A DNA stretch of 64,000 nucleotides from Bacilli bacterium. GTDB lineage: Bacteria > Bacillota > Bacilli > Alicyclobacillales > SLC66. How positions within the stretch are numbered: the first letter of the stretch is position 1; each line of letters begins with the position of its first letter. Shown one piece after another: positions 1-9,267 of this stretch. The position numbers and the translations under genes were made by a program. The stretch is from positions 30,228 to 94,227 of the forward strand of contig JABEUY010000055.1 of assembly GCA_013044175.1 (NCBI GenBank), written 5' to 3'. A model generated the notes under the pieces. It did no database searches. It was given only the letters and a program-made list of their open reading frames with translations, and was not told the DNA's origin.

Positions 1-498
1 TTATTTCGCGATACGTCACCTGGTCTTGATGCGACCATCACGCGAGAAAGCATTCTTTTGAATTATGTTTTTCCTAATCGATTAGCGATGGTATCGTTAC
101 GAGGTGCAGATATCAAAGCGATGCTTGAGGTGACGGCAAGTTACTTTGAAAAACGTGATAACGGCGACCTGCAAGCTGCGATGATCGGTGACCAATATCG
201 TCTGCGACCTTTTGATTATGATCTATGGGAAGGGATTACCTATACGATCGATGTCGGACAACCCGTCGGGCAACGTGTCATTTCGATTCTTTTTGAAGAT
301 AAGCCGATCGATGTTGAAGCCTATTATACGGTTGCAATGAACAGTTACCGAGCCTCTGGCGGTGCGCATTATCCTTTTTTGGCAGAGGCATCTGTCCTTT
401 TTCAAAGTGATGCCATGATGACCGATCTGATTATTGCTTATTGTAAAGAACACCCTGTCATCATCAGTGAAAATCGTGCCAAAATGCAGATCTGGTGA
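1..498 (+). CDS. 5'-nucleotidase/metallophosphoesterase family protein, C-terminal domain only (N-terminus upstream of window)
   Basis: Frame 1 is open from base 1 into ORF 58..498. 5'-nucleotidase C-terminal-like sequence (ITYTIDVGQPVGQRV, MNSYRASGG). Confidence 0.55.
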   Translation, partial: LFRDTSPGLDATITRESILLNYVFPNRLAMVSLRGADIKAMLEVTASYFEKRDNGDLQAAMIGDQYRLRPFDYDLWEGITYTIDVGQPVGQRVISILFEDKPIDVEAYYTVAMNSYRASGGAHYPFLAEASVLFQSDAMMTDLIIAYCKEHPVIISENRAKMQIW

Positions 499-892
499 TC
501 GTATGGTTATTTTCGGGCATTGAAAGTATGGCTATGTATGGGTCGGGGTAAAAGGGTGCTTGGTTTTTCTGCTGCCGATGTCGGGAAAGCATTGCTTGCT
601 AAAGTACAAAGTGAAGAAATTATGATGACAGCCGTTTTCCATGACATACTCCTCGTCATTAGGACTACCTCCTCATGATGATGTGATGGTTCTCTTTGTT
701 ATGGTTACAGTTTATAAGTAAATACTGTGACACAAATAGATGATGTTGGACTAAGAACGTTCACACATTGTTCCTATTTTTAATAGTCTAAAACCACTAT
801 GAGATAAAAATGAAACGTTGTGATATAGATCACACTTCGTATCATTTTTTTCTGATAAGCTCAAGGGAAGAGTTCGTCATGGGGGATTTGTT

Positions 893-2152
893 ATGAAACG
901 TAGAGAATTTGGTATGTCTACCGTTTTTATATTGACAGCTTGCTTTAATTTCGTCGTTGGTGCGTTTCTTGGCGGGTGGATGGCGAGCATTCCCTCCATG
1001 ATCGGTTCGTTGATTCATCTTCATGCCGAAATTAATCCTTATGGTTTTTTAACGATGATGATTTATGGAATGACCTATGCGGTGATTCAGATGGCAACTG
1101 GCTATCGTCCACCGATAGGATGGATTACTGTGATTCATTATTTGCTAAGTGAAATCGGCGTACTTTTGCTTGTTTTGTATGCGATGCAGGATGCGGGTAC
1201 CTCCGTGTATCTGATCGGGTTAAGTGCACAAGTTGTAGCTTCTTTTGTCTTTTTATTTCAACTCCTCTCTGCCATTATCATCGGGAAGAAAAAAGGCAGA
1301 CAATTTCAAACAGATTTGCTGAAAGAGGATACTTTTTTATCCGCAATGCGTGGGCAAGATGCTTTGAAAGCAACCGATCAGATCGGTCAACGAGGCACGG
1401 ATATCGCATTACTGCTGTATCTTGCAGTCTCTTTATTAATTCTTATACAAACCTTCCTGTCGTTAACCACCTTTTCCTATCTAGGAACGCCTAGCGATCA
1501 ACTTCTGATCGATTTCGGCTGGCTTGGCGGAACAGTGTGGTCTGTTGGGTTACACCTTTATACACGTTTTTTTCCACAGGCAAGATTGAAGGCAAAATGG
1601 CTTTCCCTGTTGCAAATTTTATATTTTAGCTGTGTCATACTTAGCGCAATCCTTTTTAATGTGACAGCAACAAGCTATGAACTTGCCACGCGCGCGTTAG
1701 GTGTTGTTATTCTGTTATTCTCAGCAACATTTTTGTGGTCAATACGAATACAAGGAAGATCAAACGTACAGCGTATCAGTCAAGTGGGTTGGCTCATCGC
1801 GTTCGTTTTTTCAACGGTACTGGGTCTCTTATTATTGATCGGATATGATCCCTTAGCGATTGCTGTACTGCACAGTTTGTTTTTGGGTATGATTACAACG
1901 TTGATCTATGCGATCGGATATACTGTGTTTCCCTCGTTTTTTAAGAAAGGTACACCACCTCCTGTTCTTTGTTGGATTCAGTTAGGTATGGCAACGATCG
2001 GTTGTGCAACGATGATTCTTGCGATGATGATGGCGACGATCAATTTGGGCATGCTCGCAGTCGGAGGGATCCTTGCAGCAACAGCAGCCTTTTTATTTCT
2101 TTTTATCTGGATTATGCTCAACTTAAAAAATTCAAAAAATGTAGTACAATAA
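893..2152 (+). CDS. polytopic integral membrane protein, function unknown
   Basis: 419-aa ORF with about a dozen hydrophobic spans. GGGGGA RBS-like sequence just before ATG 893. Confidence 0.5.
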   Translation: MKRREFGMSTVFILTACFNFVVGAFLGGWMASIPSMIGSLIHLHAEINPYGFLTMMIYGMTYAVIQMATGYRPPIGWITVIHYLLSEIGVLLLVLYAMQDAGTSVYLIGLSAQVVASFVFLFQLLSAIIIGKKKGRQFQTDLLKEDTFLSAMRGQDALKATDQIGQRGTDIALLLYLAVSLLILIQTFLSLTTFSYLGTPSDQLLIDFGWLGGTVWSVGLHLYTRFFPQARLKAKWLSLLQILYFSCVILSAILFNVTATSYELATRALGVVILLFSATFLWSIRIQGRSNVQRISQVGWLIAFVFSTVLGLLLLIGYDPLAIAVLHSLFLGMITTLIYAIGYTVFPSFFKKGTPPPVLCWIQLGMATIGCATMILAMMMATINLGMLAVGGILAATAAFLFLFIWIMLNLKNSKNVVQ

Positions 2153-2192
2153 GGGCATGATTTCGTTGTTGTGATAAGGTGGCCATTCGTGA

Positions 2193-3488
2193 ATGAATGA
2201 TGAACGATTAGATTTACATTTAGGGACTTTTCGCCGTGTCGTGAGAAGTTTGTTGACCAGTGTTGAAATCGCTTTACTTTCTCGAAATCCTGAAGGAAAA
2301 TTGTTAATGCATGTCGGTGTAGAAGCGATGTTCGGCTTTTCGATTGATCAGTTTCGCGCAGATCCTTACTTCTTACATCGTCGAATCGTTTTTGATGAAA
2401 CTTCGCTTAGCGTGGTGAATAAGGATACACCATGGTGGTCTAAGGATCTTCGAGAACCCTTTTATCATGAGGTGCAATATCGGCATGCAAGTGGTGAAGT
2501 GCGCTGGATGCATTATCATGTTTTGCCCGTCTTTGATGTAGATCAACAGCTCATTCGACATGATGCGATTTTTTTTGATATCACAAAGGAAAAAAATGAA
2601 TCAAAACTGCTGTCACAAAGTCAAATTCGCTTTCAAACCTTGGTTGAAGGGTTACCTGATGGCGTCATGCTCGCTCGGGATGGTTACATCACCTACATCA
2701 ATCCGAAAGCTGTTGCACTTTGGCAAGGTAATAGCGCCGATGAATTTTTAGGGCGTAAAGTTGATCATTTATTTTTGCAGCAAAACGTCTTACCCCAAGA
2801 TTCATCCGTTGTTGTGCATACGGAGAATTCGCAATTTTCCTGGTGCTTGCGAAAAGATAAAAGCCAATTTCTCGGCGAAATTATCACCTGTGCGATCGAA
2901 GAGGAGCAAGGCAAGGCTACGATGTTTATCGTTCGCGATTGTACGGAAGAAGTGGAATTAAAAAGACGGCTTCATAAACTCGCGTATGAAGATACAGTAA
3001 CCCAATTAGCGAATCGCCGTCGATTCTTTGAGGCGGTTGGCGAAGCGATTTCACAAGGTGACGTGAATCAGCAACTTGCTGTGGTTTATCTCGATCTCGA
3101 CGGATTCAAAATGATCAACGATCAATTTGGTCATGCGACAGGGGATCGGATCTTGATGCAAGTCGCCGAACGATTAAGGCAAATTTATTATAACAACCCA
3201 TTAATAGCGCGTCTTGGTGGCGATGAATTTGCTTATTTATTCACCTATCAAAAGCAAATGGGAAACGACATTGATAAAAGTATCGACGAAATCTTACAAT
3301 TATTCCAATATCCTTTTACCGTTCGGGAAAACGTCATATCTCTCGTTGCGAGCATTGGTGTTGCGAAATATCCGCAGGATGCGCAAGACCAGGATGAACT
3401 GATCACACATGCTGATCAAGCGATGTATACCGCTAAATTGCAAGGTGGAAATCAAATTGCCTTTTATAAAATTCGTTTGACGGAATGA
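2193..3488 (+). CDS. PAS-domain diguanylate cyclase (GGDEF)
   Basis: C-terminal GGDEF domain with intact RLGGDEFAYLF and DLDGFKMINDQFGH. PAS-like segments lie upstream. Confidence 0.85.
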   Translation: MNDERLDLHLGTFRRVVRSLLTSVEIALLSRNPEGKLLMHVGVEAMFGFSIDQFRADPYFLHRRIVFDETSLSVVNKDTPWWSKDLREPFYHEVQYRHASGEVRWMHYHVLPVFDVDQQLIRHDAIFFDITKEKNESKLLSQSQIRFQTLVEGLPDGVMLARDGYITYINPKAVALWQGNSADEFLGRKVDHLFLQQNVLPQDSSVVVHTENSQFSWCLRKDKSQFLGEIITCAIEEEQGKATMFIVRDCTEEVELKRRLHKLAYEDTVTQLANRRRFFEAVGEAISQGDVNQQLAVVYLDLDGFKMINDQFGHATGDRILMQVAERLRQIYYNNPLIARLGGDEFAYLFTYQKQMGNDIDKSIDEILQLFQYPFTVRENVISLVASIGVAKYPQDAQDQDELITHADQAMYTAKLQGGNQIAFYKIRLTE

Positions 3489-3544
3489 ACGTCGCCTTTT
3501 ACACTGATAACCAAGAAGAATAATGGTTATCAGGTGGGGATTGT

Positions 3545-4309
3545 ATGATTAATATAAGAAAAATTTTGCAGTTGCCCGATTTGCTCGATGCTAAGCGTGT
3601 GCTGTGTATTCAACCACATGCTGACGACAACGAAGTCGGTGCGGGGGGAACGATAAAAGCTTTACGTGACCGCGGAGCGGAGGTCGTTTTTGTCACGGTG
3701 ACAGATGGTCAAGCCGGGAGTGTTGAGCCTGATTATAGCGCGCATGATCTGGTGATTAAACGTAAAATCGAGAAAGAAAATGCTGCAAAATGGTTAGATG
3801 TCTCGTTACAATACGATCTTGATTTCCCAGATGGACACGAGTATTTAATCCACGATGTTGCCGCAGAAATCGTTGAAATTCTTCGTTCTTTTCGTCCTGA
3901 AGTCGTCATGACTGTCGATCCATGGTCGCCGTATGAAGGGCATCCTGATCATCTAAAGACAGGCCATGCTGTTGTAAAGGCATTATTATTTAGTCAGAAC
4001 GCTTCCGTCTTTCCCATTAAGCATCATCCTTTTTATTCCGTACCTCAAGTCGCCTTTTATGCGAGCAGTTATCCGAATACTTATATTGACGTAACACCGC
4101 ATTTTTTAACGAAAATGGCGGCGATCCAGGAGCATGCTAGTCAATTTGATAATGAAGATTGGCCACTCTTGCGAGAATACCTTATCGCTTCTGCCAAAGA
4201 ATTGTACTTGACGAAAATCAATCAGAATCATGAGGAGGGGTACGCCGAAGCATTTAAAGTACTTTCAACACGCCAATTGCATTATTTCCCGATGGCGATG
4301 TATCAGTAA
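3545..4309 (+). CDS. PIG-L/LmbE family deacetylase (BshB-like)
   Basis: Motifs HADDNEVGAGG and EGHPDH; 254 aa. Confidence 0.75.
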   Translation: MINIRKILQLPDLLDAKRVLCIQPHADDNEVGAGGTIKALRDRGAEVVFVTVTDGQAGSVEPDYSAHDLVIKRKIEKENAAKWLDVSLQYDLDFPDGHEYLIHDVAAEIVEILRSFRPEVVMTVDPWSPYEGHPDHLKTGHAVVKALLFSQNASVFPIKHHPFYSVPQVAFYASSYPNTYIDVTPHFLTKMAAIQEHASQFDNEDWPLLREYLIASAKELYLTKINQNHEEGYAEAFKVLSTRQLHYFPMAMYQ

Positions 4310-4330
4310 CGAGGAGGGGTAGGGGGATCA

Positions 4331-5644
4331 ATGAAGGACAAAGAAGGTAACGTATCTTTTGCACGAAAGATTGCTTATAGTTCGAATCAATTTGGCATTA
4401 ATATTTTATGGCAAGCTTTCAACACGATCGCCGTCTTTTATTATGTGACACAAGTTAAAGTTTCGGGAACGGTATTGTCCGATGGGATGATTGTGTATGG
4501 CATTGTCAATGCGTTTTTAAATGTGATGGCAGGTTATTTAAGTGACCGCACGCATACTCGCTTTGGGCGACGGATTCCTTATATCGCATTCATGAGTTTG
4601 CCACTTTGTTTAGCTTTCGTTTTACTTTTCACACCAATGACGACGAATGCTTATTGGGCAACCTTCTATTTCTTCGTTCTCGTTTTTCTTTTTGATTTCT
4701 TTTTTACTTTTGTTGCGCTTAACATGGGCGCGCTGTATCCGGAAATGTACCGTTCTTTGAAAGATCGATCGAACGTTTCAGCTTGGCAACAATTATTTGG
4801 GATCCTTGGCATGATCATCGGTGTTGCTCTTGTGAAATCATTGGGGCAAACTCTCGGCTATCCGATGATGGCGTTAGCTTTTGCAACCATTGGTGGCCTC
4901 ACGTTATATGTGTCGCTTTGGGGGAGTTTTGAGGACAAATCCTATCAGACGAGCCCTTTTGATTGGAAAGATGCTTTTGTCGAAACTTTTTCTAATCGCA
5001 AATTTCTGCGCTTTATCACCGCGAATTTTATGATTCAATTGGCAACGACGATGTTTACAACATTATCTTCCTATTTTACGCAGTATGTCGTGATCATGAA
5101 TGGCATCACAGGTTCTTTATTTTTGGGGAGTATTTTTATCGTAGCGATTCCTATGTCCTTTATCTGGGCAAAAATCGCGCAACGAATCGCTACTTCCGTG
5201 TTGACCATGGTCAGTGCTATTTTATTTGTGATCGATAATCTGTTTTTTCTCGTCGTTCGAACGCCTATGGAAGTAATCATCACAGGGGCGGTTATGGGTA
5301 TTCCTATAGCCGGATTTATGGTCTTATTAAACATTTTACTGGCTGATGTGATCGATGAAGATGAGCGCCATACTCATCGTCGTCGCGAAGGCATGTACTA
5401 CGGAGTAAATGGCTTTTTGGTCCGCTTGGGAATGTCTGTGCAGTACGCGATTATGGCGATCTATTTTTGGTCTAGCGGCTTTAATTCGCATCTTTCTGTT
5501 CAAGGTTCAAGTGCCATCCTAGGTATTCGTCTGATGATGGGTCTTTTACCTATCGTCTTTATGGGTTTTGCAACGTTTGCTTTACTTCGATATCGTTCGG
5601 TTCGAAGTGAGCGTCGTGCTGCTGCTCTGTCGAAATCATCTTAA
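4331..5644 (+). CDS. MFS transporter, glycoside-pentoside-hexuronide (GPH) like
   Basis: 437 aa with about 12 TM segments. GPH-type loop motif YLSDRTHTRFGRRIPY. Confidence 0.65.
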   Translation: MKDKEGNVSFARKIAYSSNQFGINILWQAFNTIAVFYYVTQVKVSGTVLSDGMIVYGIVNAFLNVMAGYLSDRTHTRFGRRIPYIAFMSLPLCLAFVLLFTPMTTNAYWATFYFFVLVFLFDFFFTFVALNMGALYPEMYRSLKDRSNVSAWQQLFGILGMIIGVALVKSLGQTLGYPMMALAFATIGGLTLYVSLWGSFEDKSYQTSPFDWKDAFVETFSNRKFLRFITANFMIQLATTMFTTLSSYFTQYVVIMNGITGSLFLGSIFIVAIPMSFIWAKIAQRIATSVLTMVSAILFVIDNLFFLVVRTPMEVIITGAVMGIPIAGFMVLLNILLADVIDEDERHTHRRREGMYYGVNGFLVRLGMSVQYAIMAIYFWSSGFNSHLSVQGSSAILGIRLMMGLLPIVFMGFATFALLRYRSVRSERRAAALSKSS

Positions 5645-5677
5645 ACGAATAAGAAAATAGTTTGGCTTACTTGGATC

Positions 5678-5706
5678 TTGCTATTTTAATGAATGATGGT
5701 TATAAT
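5678..5706 (+). promoter_or_regulatory. sigma-A type promoter of tRNA-Tyr
   Basis: TTGCTA, 17 nt spacer, TATAAT, ending 15 nt before the tRNA. Confidence 0.5.
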
Positions 5707-5720
5707 AGGAGACAGTGTCT

Positions 5721-5804
5721 GGAGGGGTACCAAAGTGGCCAACTGGGGCGGACTGTAAATCCGTTGCGAAAGCTTCGTAGGTTCGAATCCTACCCCCTCC
5801 ACCA
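5721..5804 (+). tRNA. tRNA-Tyr (GTA), long variable arm, CCA encoded
   Basis: GGAGGGG/CCCCTCC acceptor stem, anticodon loop CTGTAAA, GGTTCGAATCC T-loop, terminal ACCA. Confidence 0.9.
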
Positions 5805-5820
5805 GCGAGTTTTAAGTAGC

Positions 5821-5858
5821 AAACCCTTTGATCGCATTGGTGATCGAAGGGTTTTTTT
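5821..5858 (+). terminator. intrinsic terminator after tRNA-Tyr
   Basis: AAACCCTTTGATCG/CGATCGAAGGGTTT stem followed by a T-run. Confidence 0.6.
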
Positions 5859-5860
5859 AT

Positions 5861-5893
5861 TATAAAAAACACCATCTAAGAATAGATGGTGTT
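5861..5893 (-). terminator. intrinsic terminator of the TagO-like gene
   Basis: AACACCATCT/AGATGGTGTT stem. A T-run follows on the minus strand. Confidence 0.6.
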
Positions 5894-5911
5894 ATGGCGA
5901 TACGATGCTGT

Positions 5912-6967
5912 TTAGTGATTGATAAAGGCGATAGCGAGTGCGATCAAGGAAAAGCCAACAGCAACAAGGTACATAATACTAACCGTTTGAACTTGTGTTA
6001 AGCCAGAAGCCATCAGCCGATAATGGCTATGCGTGCGATCAGCCTTATAGACTGGACGACCTTCAATGGCACGGCGAAGAACGACGTAAATGGCATCGAA
6101 AATCGGTACACCAAGCGCAAGAATCGGAACGAAGATAGAAATCACCGTTGCGGATTTAAAGGCACCCATCACAGATACAGCAGCAAGCACAAAACCGATA
6201 AATGTTGAACCAGCATCACCCATAATAATGCGTGCAGGATAGAAATTAAAGCGTAAGAAAGCCAGGCAACCTCCGATTAATGCTGCTGCAAAAATCGCTG
6301 AGGAAGTATCACCTTTAAGCGTAGATATGATAAGAAGCGTGAGTGCAGAGACGGCAGCAATACCACCTGCAAGGCCGTCTAAACCATCTAAAAAATTAAA
6401 CACATTGACAATTCCGACCACCCAAAGAATGGTTATGATCGAGGAAATCCATGGTGCAAACGTTATAAAATAATCATTATGAATGGGATCTTCGATTCCT
6501 TTGATATCTGCACCCGTATAGACGAGAATCGTAGCAGCTACAATTTGTGCTATAAATTTAGGCCATGCGGGAAAGTCTTTTTTTCTTGTTTTAGCGTAAT
6601 CGTCGATCATACCGACGAGAAACATGATTACGGCACCAACGAGAAGGCCAATAAATTCACGATCCGTCCGAATGACACTATGTAAGAAACCATGTCTTAC
6701 GATGATCGTTGCAACGACGAAGCCGATGATCATAGCGAGACCACCAAGCATGGGTAAAGGATTTTTATGCGCCTTTCTTTCTGTAGGCATATCGACAAAG
6801 CCAGTTTTGATGGCGACGAATCGCATGATTGGAATCAAAGCGTAGACGATCGCAAAGGCGAATAGAAAGGTAATTAAATCGACGAACAATGTTTTGCCTC
6901 CCCGAAGACACTGCGATTCACTAAATGATTCATTCCAATTATAGTGAGTATAGAGCTTTAAGGTCAA
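5912..6967 (-). CDS. glycosyltransferase family 4 polyprenyl-phosphate GlcNAc-1-P transferase (TagO/WecA/MraY family)
   Basis: 351 aa, polytopic. Motifs MIDDYAK, NFLDGLDGLAGG and IIMGDAGSTFIGF. Confidence 0.8.
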   Translation of the reverse strand: MTLKLYTHYNWNESFSESQCLRGGKTLFVDLITFLFAFAIVYALIPIMRFVAIKTGFVDMPTERKAHKNPLPMLGGLAMIIGFVVATIIVRHGFLHSVIRTDREFIGLLVGAVIMFLVGMIDDYAKTRKKDFPAWPKFIAQIVAATILVYTGADIKGIEDPIHNDYFITFAPWISSIITILWVVGIVNVFNFLDGLDGLAGGIAAVSALTLLIISTLKGDTSSAIFAAALIGGCLAFLRFNFYPARIIMGDAGSTFIGFVLAAVSVMGAFKSATVISIFVPILALGVPIFDAIYVVLRRAIEGRPVYKADRTHSHYRLMASGLTQVQTVSIMYLVAVGFSLIALAIAFINH

Positions 6968-7081
6968 TCGTAGAAGTTAACGCGCGGGACAGATAATCGT
7001 TACGATTTCGTTACGGATCGTGAAAAGAACTAAAATTCCTTGGATGGTCGATATTTCCTTTGCAAATCACGATTATATTGC

Positions 7082-7111
7082 TTGACTTTTACTCTCCCAT
7101 CTAGGTATACT
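7082..7111 (+). promoter_or_regulatory. sigma-A type promoter of the tRNA operon
   Basis: TTGACT, 18 nt spacer, TATACT, about 45 nt before tRNA-Trp. Confidence 0.5.
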
Positions 7112-7154
7112 ATCGAAGTGTCATCTGTGGTGCAGGGAATTGAGTAAGATACAC

Positions 7155-7230
7155 AGGGGCGTAGTTCAGCTGGTAGAACGGCGGTCTCCAAAACCGCATG
7201 TCGTGGGTTCGAATCCTGCCGCCCCTGCCA
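7155..7230 (+). tRNA. tRNA-Trp (CCA)
   Basis: AGGGGCG/CGCCCCT acceptor stem, anticodon loop CTCCAAA, GGTTCGAATCC, GCCA end. Confidence 0.9.
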
Positions 7231-7251
7231 GTCGTCTGATTCAATTAATAT

Positions 7252-7328
7252 GGTGGGCGTGGCGAAGTGGTCAACGCACCGGATTGTGGCTCCGGCACTC
7301 GTGGGTTCGAACCCCATCGCTCACCCCA
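7252..7328 (+). tRNA. tRNA-His (GTG) with G-1
   Basis: Extra 5' G pairs with C73. Anticodon loop ATTGTGG; GGTTCGAACCC T-loop. Confidence 0.9.
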
Positions 7329-7333
7329 TATGA

Positions 7334-7408
7334 TGGGGAGTCGCCAAGTGGTAAGGCAACGGACTTTGACTCCGTTATTCGTAGGTTCGATCCCTACCTC
7401 CCCAGCCA
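7334..7408 (+). tRNA. tRNA-Gln (TTG)
   Basis: TGGGGAG/CTCCCCA acceptor stem, anticodon loop CTTTGAC, GCCA end. Confidence 0.9.
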
Positions 7409-7412
7409 CTAT

Positions 7413-7488
7413 GAGCCATTAGCTCAGCTGGTAGAGCACTTGACTTTTAATCAAGGTGTCCCGCGTTCGAGTCGCGGATGGCTCACCA
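7413..7488 (+). tRNA. tRNA-Lys (TTT)
   Basis: GAGCCAT/ATGGCTC acceptor stem, anticodon loop CTTTTAA. Confidence 0.9.
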
Positions 7489-7497
7489 CTAACCTTT

Positions 7498-7580
7498 GCG
7501 GGTGTGGCGGAATTGGCAGACGCACCAGACTTAGGATCTGGCGGGCAACCGTGGGGGTTCGAGTCCCTTCACCCGCACCA
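7498..7580 (+). tRNA. tRNA-Leu (TAG), long variable arm
   Basis: GCGGGTG/CACCCGC acceptor stem, anticodon loop CTTAGGA. Confidence 0.9.
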
Positions 7581-7602
7581 TTTTTGATTAACATAACCCT
7601 AT

Positions 7603-7679
7603 CGGAGTTTAGCGCAGTTTGGTAGCGCGCCTGCCTTGGGAGCAGGAGGTCACAGGTTCGAATCCTGTAACTCCGACCA
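7603..7679 (+). tRNA. tRNA-Pro (TGG)
   Basis: CGGAGTT/AACTCCG acceptor stem, anticodon loop CTTGGGA, GGTTCGAATCC. Confidence 0.9.
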
Positions 7680-7704
7680 ACAAAGCTTGATATAGCAAGG
7701 AAAA

Positions 7705-7745
7705 ATGACCACCCGGTTGGAAGCAAACTGGGTGGTCATTTTTTG
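7705..7745 (+). terminator. intrinsic terminator of the tRNA operon
   Basis: ATGACCACCC/GGGTGGTCAT stem followed by TTTTTT. Confidence 0.75.
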
Positions 7746-7759
7746 TGGTTACGAAAATG

Positions 7760-8941
7760 TCACGAATTATCTCGATGCAGAATGGCGGCTATCTTCTCTG
7801 TGGCTTCCTGTTGCATGTTTTCAGTGACATGGCTGTAGGTGTCTGCGGTCATGGCTATAGACGCATGCCCTAGTCGCTCACTAACGATTTTAAGCGGGAC
7901 GTTGGCTTGCAGGAGCAGTGTGGCATGTGTATGTCTAAGATCATGAAATGATACATGGGGCAGTTTGAGCTTGGTGATTGCAAGCCGCATATCTCTTGCT
8001 AAGGTCATAGGGTCAATTGGTGTACCATCTTTATGAGACATTACGTAGGTAGAGTCAGTGGTGATAAGCTGCCTCTGTCGCCAGTCTTGCAAGCGCGTGA
8101 GCAGTTCTGTATCAACCGGGATAGACCGGATACTTCCCGCAGTTTTTGGATCACCAACAATATCGCCTATTTTTGCCCTTCGTTGTCGTGATCGCACAAC
8201 CCGCAAAATGCCCCGCTCAAAATCCACGTCAGCCCACGTCAGCCCGCAAATTTCACCTCGGCGAAGCCCTGTTTGTAACGCCAGTGTCACGCCAATATAA
8301 GACGCTGGATGCTTGGTTTTTATGTAATCCAGCAGTGCATGGGCTTGCGCTACATCTAATACTGTACGTTTTTCAATGCGACCGTTTGGTGGATCAACAC
8401 GCACCATAGGACTAGTCACTATAGTGCCCCGCTTGACCGCTCGATTTAAGGCGGTTCGCAACACGCGATGTATACGATGGACGCTGGACGGAGCCAGACC
8501 ACGGTCCTGCAATGCGTGATACATAGTCTCGATCTGTTCATGGGTTAGTGCATCCAGATTGATAGCACCAATATAGGGAGTCATCAAATCCGCAGAATAC
8601 TTGTACGTTTCATGCGTTCGAGGCGCAACAGTAGGTTCGATCGCCGTCAGCCATTCAGTCAAGTACGCCTCGATCGTCAGCGGCGGCGTAACCGCTTGAA
8701 CCGCAGTGCTACCCTCCTTGATTGCCGCCAGTGCGCCCATCAACGCGTCTTGCGCATCCGCTTTGAGCGCAAATCCAGACCGTCGAATCTGCGGATAATT
8801 CCCTTTGACTGGATCATAAGGCAGATTGATAATGTAAGACCATTTATCGCCACGCTTGCGAACCGTTCCAGTAGCCAAAAAATCGCCTCCCACAAAATAT
8901 TTTTTTACTTCCTCAAACTTTTTTGTTTCCAGATCATCCAC
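7760..8941 (-). CDS. int: tyrosine site-specific integrase
   Basis: 393 aa. Catalytic-region motifs LRRGEICGL, HDLRHTHATLLL and LGHASIAMTADTYSH. Adjacent to tRNA-Pro. Confidence 0.9.
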   Translation of the reverse strand: MDDLETKKFEEVKKYFVGGDFLATGTVRKRGDKWSYIINLPYDPVKGNYPQIRRSGFALKADAQDALMGALAAIKEGSTAVQAVTPPLTIEAYLTEWLTAIEPTVAPRTHETYKYSADLMTPYIGAINLDALTHEQIETMYHALQDRGLAPSSVHRIHRVLRTALNRAVKRGTIVTSPMVRVDPPNGRIEKRTVLDVAQAHALLDYIKTKHPASYIGVTLALQTGLRRGEICGLTWADVDFERGILRVVRSRQRRAKIGDIVGDPKTAGSIRSIPVDTELLTRLQDWRQRQLITTDSTYVMSHKDGTPIDPMTLARDMRLAITKLKLPHVSFHDLRHTHATLLLQANVPLKIVSERLGHASIAMTADTYSHVTENMQQEATEKIAAILHRDNS

Positions 8942-8989
8942 AAACTGACAGCATTATACCTCTCTATTCGTAGTAAGTCACGCCATATT

Positions 8990-9009
8990 CGTTACGAATA
9001 TTCGTAACG
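8990..9009. promoter_or_regulatory. 20-bp perfect palindrome upstream of int (candidate operator)
   Basis: CGTTACGAATATTCGTAACG, about 50 bp upstream of the int start. Shares the TTACGAA core with the iteron arrays at 58.8 and 60.1 kb. Confidence 0.45.
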
Positions 9010-9267
9010 CTAACTTTTCAACTCATGTAGAGTCAATCCATTCTCTTAGGCGACTAAAAAATATGAGCTCATCTCAACCTATTCTCATCACTTTTTTACA
9101 CTCAAACTGTATCAAAATCTGGTCTGTTTTATATGATACAGAGCTTCCAATTATGAGGGCAAACAGCCCTAAAATGCAGTCGTGACGCGGGTTTAAGGGG
9201 TTGCAAGACTGTGAAACAGGAGGTATGATAAAGGCATAGAGATTGGTACAGAGGGGTGTGGGGGACA

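Noticed and set aside
6997-7015. TCGTTACG direct repeat in the host tagO-like promoter region, resembling the element's TTACGAA motif
   Set aside because: It lies outside the element in low-GC host DNA and shares only 6-7 nt with the motif. It is probably coincidence.
7030-7726. Three ORFs (7030..7317 -, 7140..7625 +, 7451..7726 -) across the tRNA cluster
   Set aside because: They are read straight through six well-formed tRNA genes. They have no RBS and their amino-acid content is repetitive and tRNA-derived. They are ORF-track artefacts.
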